Positions 15,810 through 25,899 of a stretch of DNA of 33,236 nt are shown piece by piece. Positions within the stretch are counted from its first letter, which is position 1. The number at the start of each line of letters is the position of its first letter. Both the position numbers and the translations under genes were made by a program. Source of the DNA: Bacteroidota bacterium (lineage in GTDB: Bacteria; Bacteroidota; Bacteroidia; UKL13-3); contig JAZKGM010000105.1 of assembly GCA_040385895.1 (NCBI GenBank), positions 1 through 33,236 of the forward strand, written 5' to 3'. The notes beneath the pieces are model-generated. The model did no database searches, was not told the origin of the DNA, and saw nothing but the letters and a program-made list of their open reading frames with translations.

Positions 15810-16757
15810 TTAACCGGTATTCACTGATATGTCCATGTTCAGGCCAATGCCAGTATTGACGGTGTTTTTCGCGCGATCGAAATAAAAGTCTATTCTTCCC
15901 AATTGCAGGCCTGCCCAACCTACCTGGTTAATAATCACATCTTTATTCTGTGCATTTTTCAGGGTGATCGGTTCGGGTAAAAAAGTGTGTGTATGACCTC
16001 CAATAATTAAGTCGATATTAGAAGTTTGTTGAGCCATTTTTTTATCACTCAGCTTATCCGAATTATAGTCAAATCCAAGGTGTGATAAACAGATCACCAG
16101 GTCGCATTTTTTTTCCAGCTTTAGCTCCGCTGCTATCTTATTTGCATATAAAACAGGGTCGCGGTAAACAATATTTCCGTACAGGTCATCGGGCACCAGG
16201 CCCTTTAGTTCAATGCCTACACCCAGCACGCCTATTTTTATCCCGTCTTTAGTAAACACCTTATATGGCTTTACTTTATCACTCAATAAGGTATTGTTAA
16301 AATCATAATTACAGTTAACAAACTCAAAACTGGCATGCTGAAGCTGGTTAATGATGCCTTCTATGCCGCTATCAAAGTCATGGTTACCAAGTGTTACCGC
16401 ATCATAACCCATCTCTGTCATCAGCTTATATTCAAGCTCTCCCTCAAAAAAATTAAAGTAAGGCGTGCCCTGGAAAATATCCCCTGCATCAAGCAACAAT
16501 ATGTTCTTTTCCTCTTTCCTGATCTTCTTGATAAGGGCCGAGCGCACTGCTGCGCCTCCCATACCTGCAAATTTTCCTCCGTCTAAAGGAAACGGTTCAA
16601 TGCGGCTATGCCAGTCGTTGGTATGAAGGATAGTGAGCTTAACCAGGTTATTTTTAGCGAATGCGCTTAAGGGCAACTCATTAAGTAAAGCCAGCGCACC
16701 AAAGGCGGCACCGGTCTTAATAAAATCTCTCCGGTTTATTTTATTTAATGCGTCCAT
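15810..16757 (-). CDS. metallophosphatase domain protein of a split 5'-nucleotidase (Tat signal)
   Basis: Twin-arginine signal RRDFIKTGAAFGALA. Motifs ILHTNDWHS, DAGDIFQGT, GNHDF and GGHTH. Confidence 0.9.
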   Translation of the reverse strand: MDALNKINRRDFIKTGAAFGALALLNELPLSAFAKNNLVKLTILHTNDWHSRIEPFPLDGGKFAGMGGAAVRSALIKKIRKEEKNILLLDAGDIFQGTPYFNFFEGELEYKLMTEMGYDAVTLGNHDFDSGIEGIINQLQHASFEFVNCNYDFNNTLLSDKVKPYKVFTKDGIKIGVLGVGIELKGLVPDDLYGNIVYRDPVLYANKIAAELKLEKKCDLVICLSHLGFDYNSDKLSDKKMAQQTSNIDLIIGGHTHTFLPEPITLKNAQNKDVIINQVGWAGLQLGRIDFYFDRAKNTVNTGIGLNMDISVNTG

Positions 16758-17475
16758 AGTTATCTGCTTTAAGCATGGGCCTGGTTACTTTAATGTATTC
16801 AATAATGGCATCGCGAAGCTTGTGGTTGCTAACGATGGTTTTTGCCCCGGCAAACATCGTGGCCTTATCTCCACCGTTTGCAACATAATCGGTGGTGGCC
16901 ACCCAATACGTTTTATTGTAATCGAAAGGAACGCCATTTATTAACACATTGCTTGCCGAGGAATCATTCAGCACCATGCTGATGCCGGCCACAGGCGATC
17001 CTTTCCAGCTTGCGATCCATTTAAACAGGTCCATACATTGCTGTCCGTTCAGCTCAACACTTACGATCATATTATCAAAAGGCATCAGCTCATAAATCTT
17101 GCCGAGTGTAATATCACCCTGTTCAATAGAAGGGAGCCGGATCCCGCCATAGTTCAGTACACAAAAATCAACCGGTTTATCACTTGTTTTGTTGGCGTAA
17201 TCAAGGCAGGCATCTGCCATCATGTTTCCCAAAGCCCCGTCAGGCAGCGACTTTACCAGGCGCTCCGATGTCGAACCTATTACTACGTTCATTTGCGCAT
17301 CCAGCTTTTGCTTATAGGGAGCGATCCGGTTCGCCATGGCCGTATCATACAGCTTAAGGCTATCGGCATAGATGCGGATGTTACGCTGATCGCGCCTGGT
17401 GATCTGATAGGTGCTTCCGCAGGAAACAGCCAGCAGTATATATATAATAAAGGAAATGCGGTTCAGAAAGATCAT
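16741..17475 (-). CDS. 5'-nucleotidase C-terminal domain lipoprotein
   Basis: Likely ATG at 17473-17475 (MIFLNRISFIIYILLAVSCGS, lipobox); the track start at 17490 is TTG. YGGIRLP...GDITLGKIYELMPFDN is typical of 5_nucleotid_C. Overlaps the downstream gene by 17 nt. Confidence 0.85.
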   Translation of the reverse strand: MIFLNRISFIIYILLAVSCGSTYQITRRDQRNIRIYADSLKLYDTAMANRIAPYKQKLDAQMNVVIGSTSERLVKSLPDGALGNMMADACLDYANKTSDKPVDFCVLNYGGIRLPSIEQGDITLGKIYELMPFDNMIVSVELNGQQCMDLFKWIASWKGSPVAGISMVLNDSSASNVLINGVPFDYNKTYWVATTDYVANGGDKATMFAGAKTIVSNHKLRDAIIEYIKVTRPMLKADNYGRIK

Positions 17476-17643
17476 AGCTGCAAATAACAAAAACTATACA
17501 TGCGGTGTGTGTTAAATTTAGGATTATTCTACCAATTAGAGGTTAACCACTACTAATAAGTTTTCTGTGTAATCTGTGGCAGATATTATGATAGCGACTG
17601 ATCATGAACAGGCAAGCTATTTATTTTGCAATTTTGCGCAGTC

Positions 17644-18639
17644 TCAATGCCGTACTTCGCCAAACAACTTCATCAGCTCTTTTGCTGCTTTGTATGAAGT
17701 AATGCTGCCCTCGTTAAGTTGCTGCACGTATTCATCATAAGCAATTTTCACCTGTGGATTGCTGAAAAACAATTGTTTGATGTTTTCATGAATGGTTTCA
17801 TCCATCCAGTACACAGCTTGTTTCTTACGTTTCCCGCTGAAGTAATGATTAAGCGTAGTATGGTTCTTATATTTTTCAATGATACCCCACACCGTATTCA
17901 TTCCTTCCCCTGTAAGCGAAGAGCAGGTTGTGGTTTCAGGGATCCAGCCGGCCGCATGTGGCGGCAATAAATGCATGGCGCGTTTGTATTCTATGGCTGC
18001 CAGTTTTGCTTTATCCTTATTTGTTCCATCAGCTTTGGTGATCACGAGCGCATCGGCCATTTCCATAATACCGCGTTTTATTCCCTGCAACTCATCACCC
18101 GCACCCGAAAGCATCAGTAATAAAAAGAAATCAACCATGGAGTGCACCGCAGTTTCCGATTGGCCAACGCCAACGGTTTCTACGATGATGGCATCAAAGC
18201 CTGCAGCTTCGCATAAATAGATCGTTTCGCGGGTTTTACGCGCTACACCGCCCAATGCATTGCTGGAGGGCGTGGGACGGATAAAGGCATGAGGGTGAAC
18301 CGACAGTCTTTCCATACGGGTTTTATCACCCAGTATACTGCCTCCTGATATGGAGCTGGTGGGGTCAATGGCCAATACGGCAACTTTCCTGCTGTGCGCA
18401 TCGGCTAAATAAACACCGAACTTTTCTATAAAGGAACTTTTACCTACCCCGGGAACCCCGGTAATGCCGATGCGCATGGAGTTTCCGGTTAAAGGCAAAC
18501 ACTGTGCGATGATCTGCTCTGCCAGTTCCTGGTGTGCAGGCAAGGTACTTTCAACTAACGTAATGGCCTTACTGAGCACAGCAATATTACCGGCTTTTAT
18601 TCCGTCCAGGTAATCTTGTACAGTTAGTTGTTTTAACAT
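17644..18639 (-). CDS. meaB: methylmalonyl-CoA mutase-associated GTPase MeaB/ArgK
   Basis: GITGVPGVGKSS P-loop, ETVGVGQSE and the NKAD-like ITKADG motif. Confidence 0.93.
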   Translation of the reverse strand: MLKQLTVQDYLDGIKAGNIAVLSKAITLVESTLPAHQELAEQIIAQCLPLTGNSMRIGITGVPGVGKSSFIEKFGVYLADAHSRKVAVLAIDPTSSISGGSILGDKTRMERLSVHPHAFIRPTPSSNALGGVARKTRETIYLCEAAGFDAIIVETVGVGQSETAVHSMVDFFLLLMLSGAGDELQGIKRGIMEMADALVITKADGTNKDKAKLAAIEYKRAMHLLPPHAAGWIPETTTCSSLTGEGMNTVWGIIEKYKNHTTLNHYFSGKRKKQAVYWMDETIHENIKQLFFSNPQVKIAYDEYVQQLNEGSITSYKAAKELMKLFGEVRH

Positions 18640-18850
18640 ATTATCGTTTTAGTTTGCAGATTAACCACGGGGCGACATAGCGAACACAAAGGCCAATGGT
18701 TGAAAATAGTTTATGGTTAAAAGAATTGATCATCGTTAAATCATCGCATTCCTCATCACCTTAAATGACCAAACTCTTCCTTGCCTTGAAATGATTGTCG
18801 AATCACCGCTTCATCAGATCAATAAGAGATTGCTTCACTCCGTTCGCAAT

Positions 18851-18917
18851 GACATTATCACATTTCCACATCTTCACATTCTCACATCCGATAGCTATCG
18901 GATCACATCTTCACATT
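18851..18917. repeat. 8-nt periodic CACAT array flanking an 18-bp perfect palindrome
   Basis: CACAT occurs at 18859, 18867, 18875 and 18883 (plus GACAT at 18851), then at 18904 and 18912. The palindrome ATCCGATAGCTATCGGAT is at 18886-18903. The 14-mer CACATCTTCACATT is repeated at 18867-18880 and 18904-18917. Confidence 0.7.
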
Positions 18918-21045
18918 ATTTCATTCTCCCGATCAGCTTCTTCAATATATCCTGCGCAGCAAGCGAAATAACCGTACCCGGACCGAACACCGCACTAACA
19001 CCTGCTTTAAATAAAAAGTCATAGTCCTGCTGAGGGATCACTCCTCCGGCAACCACCATCATGTCTTCGCGGCCGAATTTTTTCAATTCTTCGATCACCT
19101 GGGGAACCAATGTTTTATGTCCTGCAGCCAGGCTCGATACCCCTAAAATGTGTACGTCATTCTCCACTGCTTGCTTAGCTGCTTCGTAAGGTGTTTGGAA
19201 CAATGGCCCGATATCGACATCAAAACCCATATCGGCAAAGCTGGTGGAGATCACTTTCGCACCGCGGTCGTGCCCGTCCTGCCCCATTTTTGCCACCATG
19301 ATCCTTGGCCTGCGCCCTTCGAGGCGGGCAAATTCATCAGCCAGCCTGCGGGCTTCTTCAAAGTTTTTATCCATAGCAATTTCTGATGAGTACACGCCCG
19401 AAACAGAGCGGATAGATGCCTGGTAACGGCCGAATACCTTTTCACAGGCCATTGAGATCTCTCCTAAAGATGCATGCTTACGTGCAGCGTCTATAGCCAG
19501 GTCGAGCAGGTTTCCGTTACCGGTTTTGCAACATCCGGTAATGGCCTCTAATGCGGCTTCCACTTCCTGCTGGTTGCGTTCTGCTTTTAGTTTGTTGAGG
19601 CGTTCGATCTGCGAATCGCGCACTTTGGTATTATCCACTTCGCGGGTAACGATCTGGTCTTCTTTTTCAACCCGGTACATATTCACGCCTACTATAACAT
19701 CCTTGCCGCTATCAATACGTGCCTGTTTTTTGGCGGCTGCTTCTTCGATGCGCATTTTAGGCAGGCCCGTTTCAATGGCTTTTGCCATGCCTCCAAGCGT
19801 TTCAATTTCCGCTATCAGTTGCCAGGCTTTTTGAGCAAGCTCATGCGTTAAAGTCTCCACGTAATAGGAGCCACCCCATGGATCAACGGTTTTGCAGATG
19901 TTATTTTCCAGCTGCAAGCACAACTGTGTATTGCGTGCAATACGTGCCGAAAAATCTGTTGGCAACGCAATGGCTTCATCCAGCGCGTTGGTGTGCAGGC
20001 TTTGCGTGTGACCCAATGCTGCAGCCATGGCTTCAATATTTGTCCGGGCCACATTATTAAACGGGTCCTGCTCGGTTAAGCTCCAGCCCGAGGTCTGGCA
20101 ATGCGTGCGCAAAGCCAGCGATTTATTACTTTTAGGATCAAACTGTTTTACGATCTTCGACCACAGCATTCTTCCTGCACGCATCTTGGCGATCTCCATA
20201 AAATGGTTCATGCCTATGGCCCAGAAAAAAGACAAGCGCGGTGCAAAACTATCAATATCCAAACCGGCTTTCAAACCGGTACGGATGTATTCCAATCCAT
20301 CGGCCAGGGTGTAGGCCAGCTCAATATCGGCCGTAGCTCCGGCTTCCTGTAAGTGATAGCCCGAGATACTGATGGAGTTGAACTTAGGCATGTACTTAGA
20401 CGTGTATTCAAAAATATCGGCAATAATTTTCATGCTGGGCTCAGGGGGATACACGTACGTGTTGCGCACCATGAACTCTTTTAAAATATCATTCTGAATG
20501 GTTCCTGTGAGCTTTTCCCTTGATACACCCTGCTCTTCTGCAGCCACAATATAAAATGCAAGGATGGGCAAAACAGCTCCGTTCATGGTCATGGAAACCG
20601 ACATCACATCCAACGGGATCTGGTCGAACAGGATCTTCATATCCAGGATGGAGTCTATGGCCACACCTGCTTTTCCCACATCGCCTACCACACGTTCATG
20701 GTCGCTGTCGTAGCCACGATGCGTAGCAAGATCGAACGCAACGGAAAGCCCTTTTTGGCCGGCCGCTAAATTTTTCCGGTAAAATGCGTTGGATTCTTCT
20801 GCCGTAGAAAATCCTGCATACTGCCGGATGGTCCACGGATTAAGTGCATACATGGTGGAGTACGGCCCGCGCAAAAACGGGGCAATGCCGGCCGCATAGT
20901 TCAGGTGCTCAAAATCTTTTACATCAACTTTTGTATAGGTTGGTTTAATGTTTATCTGCTCTGCCGAAGTAAACAGTTCTTCTTCATGCTGCCTGGTTTC
21001 CGGTGAAACCGATCGATAGGGAACCTGTGTAAAATCTTTTTTCAT
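18916..21045 (-). CDS. scpA: methylmalonyl-CoA mutase large (catalytic, B12-binding) subunit
   Basis: 709 aa. TIM-barrel mutase motifs ([27 protein letters not shown]) and a C-terminal B12 domain ([11 protein letters not shown]). Confidence 0.96.
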   Translation of the reverse strand: MKKDFTQVPYRSVSPETRQHEEELFTSAEQINIKPTYTKVDVKDFEHLNYAAGIAPFLRGPYSTMYALNPWTIRQYAGFSTAEESNAFYRKNLAAGQKGLSVAFDLATHRGYDSDHERVVGDVGKAGVAIDSILDMKILFDQIPLDVMSVSMTMNGAVLPILAFYIVAAEEQGVSREKLTGTIQNDILKEFMVRNTYVYPPEPSMKIIADIFEYTSKYMPKFNSISISGYHLQEAGATADIELAYTLADGLEYIRTGLKAGLDIDSFAPRLSFFWAIGMNHFMEIAKMRAGRMLWSKIVKQFDPKSNKSLALRTHCQTSGWSLTEQDPFNNVARTNIEAMAAALGHTQSLHTNALDEAIALPTDFSARIARNTQLCLQLENNICKTVDPWGGSYYVETLTHELAQKAWQLIAEIETLGGMAKAIETGLPKMRIEEAAAKKQARIDSGKDVIVGVNMYRVEKEDQIVTREVDNTKVRDSQIERLNKLKAERNQQEVEAALEAITGCCKTGNGNLLDLAIDAARKHASLGEISMACEKVFGRYQASIRSVSGVYSSEIAMDKNFEEARRLADEFARLEGRRPRIMVAKMGQDGHDRGAKVISTSFADMGFDVDIGPLFQTPYEAAKQAVENDVHILGVSSLAAGHKTLVPQVIEELKKFGREDMMVVAGGVIPQQDYDFLFKAGVSAVFGPGTVISLAAQDILKKLIGRMK

Positions 21046-21049
21046 TGTG

Positions 21050-22453
21050 TTAAGCGCTGTGTAATGAACTCAATCTTTCTTTTTCATTCATCGCTGATAA
21101 CCTTGTGGTATCAAGCGTTTCAACCACTTTGCCTTTCCCGGCTTCACTTCCCCAATTAATGGCTGAGGCTTTATCCTGCTTATCTTCCTGCATGTCGGGG
21201 AACTTATTTGTTCCCACCAGCACTTCTTTTCCAGTGTTAAAATTTTGCTGCTGCGCCACCGAAAAATCTTTGATCTTTTGCTGAACAAAACCGGATCTCA
21301 AGGCCTTCAACAGGCCACCCTGTTTTTCAATTTCTACAAAATAGTCCCAGGCTTTTTCGGCCAGCTGCTCGGTGAGCTCTTCTATAAAAAAAGAACCTGC
21401 CGACACATCTGCCACTTTATCGAAATAACTTTCCGCCTTAAGCACCAGTTGAATGTTTCTTGCAAGGCGTTCCGAAAACTCATGGTCTCCGGTATAAATA
21501 ATATCAAATGGTTTTACCACTAAGCTGTTGCAGCCGCCAATGCTTGCAGCCATTGCTGCAGTAGTGGTCCGCAGTAAATTATTGTGTGTATCGAACACCG
21601 TTAAATTGCGCGTAGCTGTTTCGGCATGAATATACAGTTCATTGTCGGTCCCATACTCATCCAACAAAAGCGCAAATGTTTTTCTGAATGCACGCAGCTT
21701 GGCTATTTCAAAAAAGTAGTCTGGTCCAACGGAAACATTAAGTTGAAATTTTCTGCCCAGCTTTGCCGGTTCAACTCCTTGTTCTTCAAGCCAGTTGATA
21801 TATGCGTTGGCCTGTGCCAATGCACATCCCACCTGGTAGGCAGCAGAAGCACCTGCATTGTGGTAAATGGCTGAATTGATACAAATGGTCCTGTGTGCAC
21901 ACAAAATATCCACCAGCTCCTTTTGATCTGCTGCTTCTGACTGGCGCCAGTCTCCTGTCCTCAAAAGGTTTTCAACCGGGTCGGTGTTGATGCTGATGTT
22001 TAGTGCCGATGCATCCAGGCCCTTTGAATGAACATATTTATCCAGGTTTTCACAGAATAAAACGGCATCACCTTCCACCACAAACTGCATGCTGATGTAT
22101 TCAATACCGATCTCATTCAAAAGCGTTTCCAGGTCCACGTCATGGTTCACAAAAAAGAGCATGGCGGTGGCCCCGTTATTTAATTCATGCAAGGCTTTTT
22201 TATTGCCAACGCCTGCTTCCTGTGCTTCTATTTCCACACACACTTCCCAGTCGGCATGGGTAAACAGAGGTTTACGTTCACTATATTTTGCAAGGTCTTC
22301 GGCTGTGTAAAACGGTTTGATCGTTATCCCGTCTGCCGATTTATACGTCAGCTTTTCATCAAAAGATTCCCCTTTCAGGTCTTTAACAACCTGCGCGATC
22401 CATTGCTCCTGGCTCACTTCGGGAAAGTCGCTGAATAATTTTTTATCTGTCAT
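21050..22453 (-). CDS. methylmalonyl-CoA mutase small subunit / mutase-family protein
   Basis: 467 aa. Mutase-like barrel without a recognisable DxHxxG B12 motif. Lies 4 nt upstream of the large subunit. Confidence 0.85.
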   Translation of the reverse strand: MTDKKLFSDFPEVSQEQWIAQVVKDLKGESFDEKLTYKSADGITIKPFYTAEDLAKYSERKPLFTHADWEVCVEIEAQEAGVGNKKALHELNNGATAMLFFVNHDVDLETLLNEIGIEYISMQFVVEGDAVLFCENLDKYVHSKGLDASALNISINTDPVENLLRTGDWRQSEAADQKELVDILCAHRTICINSAIYHNAGASAAYQVGCALAQANAYINWLEEQGVEPAKLGRKFQLNVSVGPDYFFEIAKLRAFRKTFALLLDEYGTDNELYIHAETATRNLTVFDTHNNLLRTTTAAMAASIGGCNSLVVKPFDIIYTGDHEFSERLARNIQLVLKAESYFDKVADVSAGSFFIEELTEQLAEKAWDYFVEIEKQGGLLKALRSGFVQQKIKDFSVAQQQNFNTGKEVLVGTNKFPDMQEDKQDKASAINWGSEAGKGKVVETLDTTRLSAMNEKERLSSLHSA

Positions 22454-22522
22454 TATTGTGTAAGCAGTTGGCCTTTAGCTGTTGCTATGGACTATCGCCT
22501 GTAAGCTATGGTCTATTTTCTC

Positions 22523-23065
22523 CTAATCGAACAACAAATGAAATTCCTTGCGCATAAAATCAAGCGACTTATTGGTTGGAATATTGTCCATGTGCATCAT
22601 CATCTCAAAAATAGCTTTGCTCAGGTCGAGGCCCACGGCATTGTTTCCAAGGCTTCCATAGGCTGTATTGATAATGTTGATCGTTTCCTCTTTGGCAATG
22701 CGAACCATTTGCCAGGCTTGCGGGGAAATATACACCTGCTGCGAAACATTGTGGTTAAATTCGTTATTGATATCTGCAATAAGCGCAATCTTCAGCTGCG
22801 TGGCGCTGATGCCAGGCTGGCTTACACGGAAGATGAGGTTGTTGGGGCTCATGCGTTCCATCAATATCACAATGCGTTCGTAGGCCTGCAATTTTAATGG
22901 CATCACCAGCTTATTATTCTCCACTTTCAGCTCCATTTGCCTGCGGGAGTATTCATTGTCGAAAAAATTCTTAAGCATGTACTGCACAATGCCAAATACA
23001 ACTACTGCAGGAATAATGTATTTAAGCACTTCAAGCAACGACATAATATAGTCTGGTTTTTCCAT
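22523..23065 (-). CDS. hypothetical membrane-anchored protein
   Basis: 180 aa. One N-terminal helix (YIIPAVVVFGIVQYML). No motif recognised. Confidence 0.65.
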   Translation of the reverse strand: MEKPDYIMSLLEVLKYIIPAVVVFGIVQYMLKNFFDNEYSRRQMELKVENNKLVMPLKLQAYERIVILMERMSPNNLIFRVSQPGISATQLKIALIADINNEFNHNVSQQVYISPQAWQMVRIAKEETINIINTAYGSLGNNAVGLDLSKAIFEMMMHMDNIPTNKSLDFMRKEFHLLFD

Positions 23066-23231
23066 ATTCTATTGATTTTACAGATGTTAGTCCACGGTTT
23101 TAACCGATGCGGTTCGTGCGAATTTAACCACATTACGCGCTTATGCAATAAGGTGTTTTTAAAATATGGCAATAAAACTTCACGGGTGTGAAAACGTGGG
23201 TAACTAAATGCAAAATGATTACGGTGGTATG

Positions 23232-23239
23232 TAATTTTG
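23232..23239 (+). promoter_or_regulatory. -7 promoter element TAATTTTG for ftsK
   Basis: Matches TAnnTTTG, 10 nt before the ATG at 23250. Confidence 0.35.
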
Positions 23240-23249
23240 TTGAGTTACG

Positions 23250-25889
23250 ATGAAAAAAGCCAAGCAAAACATAATCAGCCCGGTAGGCAACGAATCAAAA
23301 GATTTTGAGAAGGAAGAAGTGGTTGCGCCAAAACCTGAGAAAGGCAAAAAAACAGCCAGTGAGCCGGTAAGCGGCAAGCTCGCCTTTTTAAAAGACGAAC
23401 GTTTTTTAAAGATCAGCGGGTTGGTATTGCTGTCGGTGGCCGTGTTTATGGCGTTTGCATTCGGGTCCTTTTTGTTCAGCTGGCAATACGACCAAAGCAT
23501 TGCAAAAGGCATGAGCTGGGATGTATTCCTGCAAAGCGATCCGGATGCGGCCGAAAATATTCTAGGCAAACTTGGTGCATGGGTGGCCTATGTTTTTATG
23601 TTTAAAGGTTTCGGCCTGGCTTCTTTTGCTTTTGTATTGATCTTTGGTTTGGTGGGCATCAAAATGCTGACCGATACCACTCCTCTTCCGATCTTAAAAA
23701 CAGTTCGCTACAGCTTCTTTAGCGTGGTATGGCTCTCATTGGCCTTAGGTTTGATATTTACCGATGTGTGGCAGATCCTGGGAGGTGCTTTCGGACATTT
23801 CGGGTATTTGTATTTAAAAGGATTGATCGGAACCGCAGGTGCTTCCATGGGACTGATCGTTTACCTGCTCGTATTCCTGGTAGCCGTGTTCAATATCAAA
23901 TTTTATCAACCAAAACCCGTGGTAGCCGATGTGCCTTTGCCGGTTGAAGAAAAGGAAGAGCCGTTGCCGTTAAATACACTCAACCCGCAGCACGAACTGG
24001 AAAATGAGGCACTGAACCCTGACGATTTTATACTAACAGTGAAGGAAAACGAAATAACCATTGCAGAAGAACCGGAAGCAGAACCGCTGCCGGAGCAAGA
24101 GCCTTCGCTTTCCCTGAACGAACGTTTTGCACAGCAGATCGAAGAGGAACCCACCCCTGAACCAGAGAAAGAAGAAGAAAATATCATCCCGGTTGTGCCA
24201 CTTGTAGCAGCCGGGGTGCTGGCTTCCACACTTGCCGGTGCAGCCGGTACCGCAATTCCGCCAACCGGGGTATTAACCACCGACAGCGGCCTGGTACTGG
24301 AAGTACAGGAGATACCCGAAGAAGATGAAGAAGTGACCGAAAAGCCGGAGTATGGTTCTTTGGATAGTGAATATGATCCCACGCTCGATTTCAGCAATTA
24401 CGAATTTCCTTCGCTTGAATTACTGAATGATTACGGAGGTGAAAATAAATCGACCGTAGAAACTGCCGAGCTGCAGCTCAAAACAAAGATGATCGAAGAC
24501 ACGCTGAAGAACTACAATATCGGCATCAAAAAGATCTCTGCAACCATTGGTCCCACTGTTACCTTGTATGAAATCGTTCCGCAGGATGGCGTGCGCATTG
24601 CCAAGATCAAGAACCTGGAAGATGACATTGCCTTAAGCCTTGCTGCATTAGGCATCCGGATTATTGCACCGATCCCCGGCCGCGGCACCATCGGTATTGA
24701 GGTGCCCAATGAAAAACCGGCCATGGTGAGCATGCGTTCGGCTTTAAGCAGCGCACGTTTCCAGAATGCAGACATGGACCTTCCAATCGCTTTTGGAAAG
24801 AACATTCAGAACGAAGTGTTTGTGGCCGACCTGGCTAAAATGCCCCATTTGCTAATGGCCGGTGCAACAGGCCAGGGTAAGTCGGTTGGCCTGAATGCCA
24901 TCCTGGTTTCTCTGCTCTACAAAAAACATCCTTCTCAAATTAAGTTCGTGCTGGTTGATCCGAAAAAAGTAGAGCTCAGCATTTATAAAACCATCGAGCG
25001 CCATTTCCTGGCTAAAATACCGGGTGATGCAGATGCGATCATCACCGACACCAAGCTGGTGGTGAATACGCTGAACTCTTTGTGCGTGGAGATGGATACC
25101 CGTTACGACCTGCTTAAGGATGCACAGGTGCGTAACCTGAAAGAATACAATGCCAAGTTCGTTAGCCGTAAGCTTCCACCAACGGATAAGAACCCGCACC
25201 GTTTTTTACCATACATCGTAGTGGTGATTGATGAGGTGGCTGATTTAATGATGACGGCCGGTAAGGAAGTGGAAATGCCGATCGCTCGTTTGGCCCAGCT
25301 GGCGAGGGCCATCGGGATCCATTTAATTTTAGCAACACAGCGTCCTTCTGTGAATGTAATTACCGGTATGATCAAAGCGAACTTCCCGGCACGTGTGGCA
25401 TTCCGTGTTTCTCAGAAAATAGATTCACGCACCATTCTTGATGCGAACGGGGCTGACCAGTTGATTGGTAAGGGAGATATGCTGTACACCGTGGGCAACG
25501 ACCTGGTGCGTTTGCAATGTGCCTTTGTAGATACCCCGGAAGTAGACCGCATTGCTAACTTTATTGGCAACCAGCAAGGCAAGGAACCATACCAGTTACC
25601 GGAGGTGAAAGCTGATGATGATGGGGAGAACGGACCGGCCGAGCTGGATCCGCGCGAACGTGACAGCCTGTTTGAAGAAGCCGCGCAAATAATCGTGCAG
25701 CATCAGCAAGGCTCTACTTCTTTATTACAACGCAAATTGAACTTAGGTTACAACCGCGCAGGAAGATTGATCGACCAATTGGAACGTGCCAATATTGTAG
25801 GACCTTTTAAAGGCAGTAAGGCACGCGAGGTATTGGTGAGCGATATTATGCAGCTGGAAGACCGCCTGAAGGAATTGAGGGGAGATTAA
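23250..25889 (+). CDS. ftsK: DNA translocase FtsK
   Basis: 879 aa. N-terminal TM helices, a P/E-rich linker, motor-domain Walker A (GATGQGKSV) and Walker B (VVVIDEVADL), and a C-terminal gamma winged helix (STSLLQRKLNLGYNRAGRLIDQLE). Confidence 0.96.
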   Translation: MKKAKQNIISPVGNESKDFEKEEVVAPKPEKGKKTASEPVSGKLAFLKDERFLKISGLVLLSVAVFMAFAFGSFLFSWQYDQSIAKGMSWDVFLQSDPDAAENILGKLGAWVAYVFMFKGFGLASFAFVLIFGLVGIKMLTDTTPLPILKTVRYSFFSVVWLSLALGLIFTDVWQILGGAFGHFGYLYLKGLIGTAGASMGLIVYLLVFLVAVFNIKFYQPKPVVADVPLPVEEKEEPLPLNTLNPQHELENEALNPDDFILTVKENEITIAEEPEAEPLPEQEPSLSLNERFAQQIEEEPTPEPEKEEENIIPVVPLVAAGVLASTLAGAAGTAIPPTGVLTTDSGLVLEVQEIPEEDEEVTEKPEYGSLDSEYDPTLDFSNYEFPSLELLNDYGGENKSTVETAELQLKTKMIEDTLKNYNIGIKKISATIGPTVTLYEIVPQDGVRIAKIKNLEDDIALSLAALGIRIIAPIPGRGTIGIEVPNEKPAMVSMRSALSSARFQNADMDLPIAFGKNIQNEVFVADLAKMPHLLMAGATGQGKSVGLNAILVSLLYKKHPSQIKFVLVDPKKVELSIYKTIERHFLAKIPGDADAIITDTKLVVNTLNSLCVEMDTRYDLLKDAQVRNLKEYNAKFVSRKLPPTDKNPHRFLPYIVVVIDEVADLMMTAGKEVEMPIARLAQLARAIGIHLILATQRPSVNVITGMIKANFPARVAFRVSQKIDSRTILDANGADQLIGKGDMLYTVGNDLVRLQCAFVDTPEVDRIANFIGNQQGKEPYQLPEVKADDDGENGPAELDPRERDSLFEEAAQIIVQHQQGSTSLLQRKLNLGYNRAGRLIDQLERANIVGPFKGSKAREVLVSDIMQLEDRLKELRGD

Positions 25890-25899
25890 GATTTAAGCA

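Noticed and set aside
18791-19024. 77-aa plus-strand ORF ([16 protein letters not shown]...) across the CACAT repeat
   Set aside because: Its odd His/Ser/Ile composition is simply the translation of the octamer repeat, and it runs antisense into the scpA 3' end.
23906-24397. 163-aa Ser/Gly-rich minus-strand ORF, and the apparent low-complexity repeat in this stretch
   Set aside because: It is the antisense reading of the Pro/Glu-rich linker of FtsK. FtsK linkers are normally low complexity, so this is not an independent gene or repeat element.
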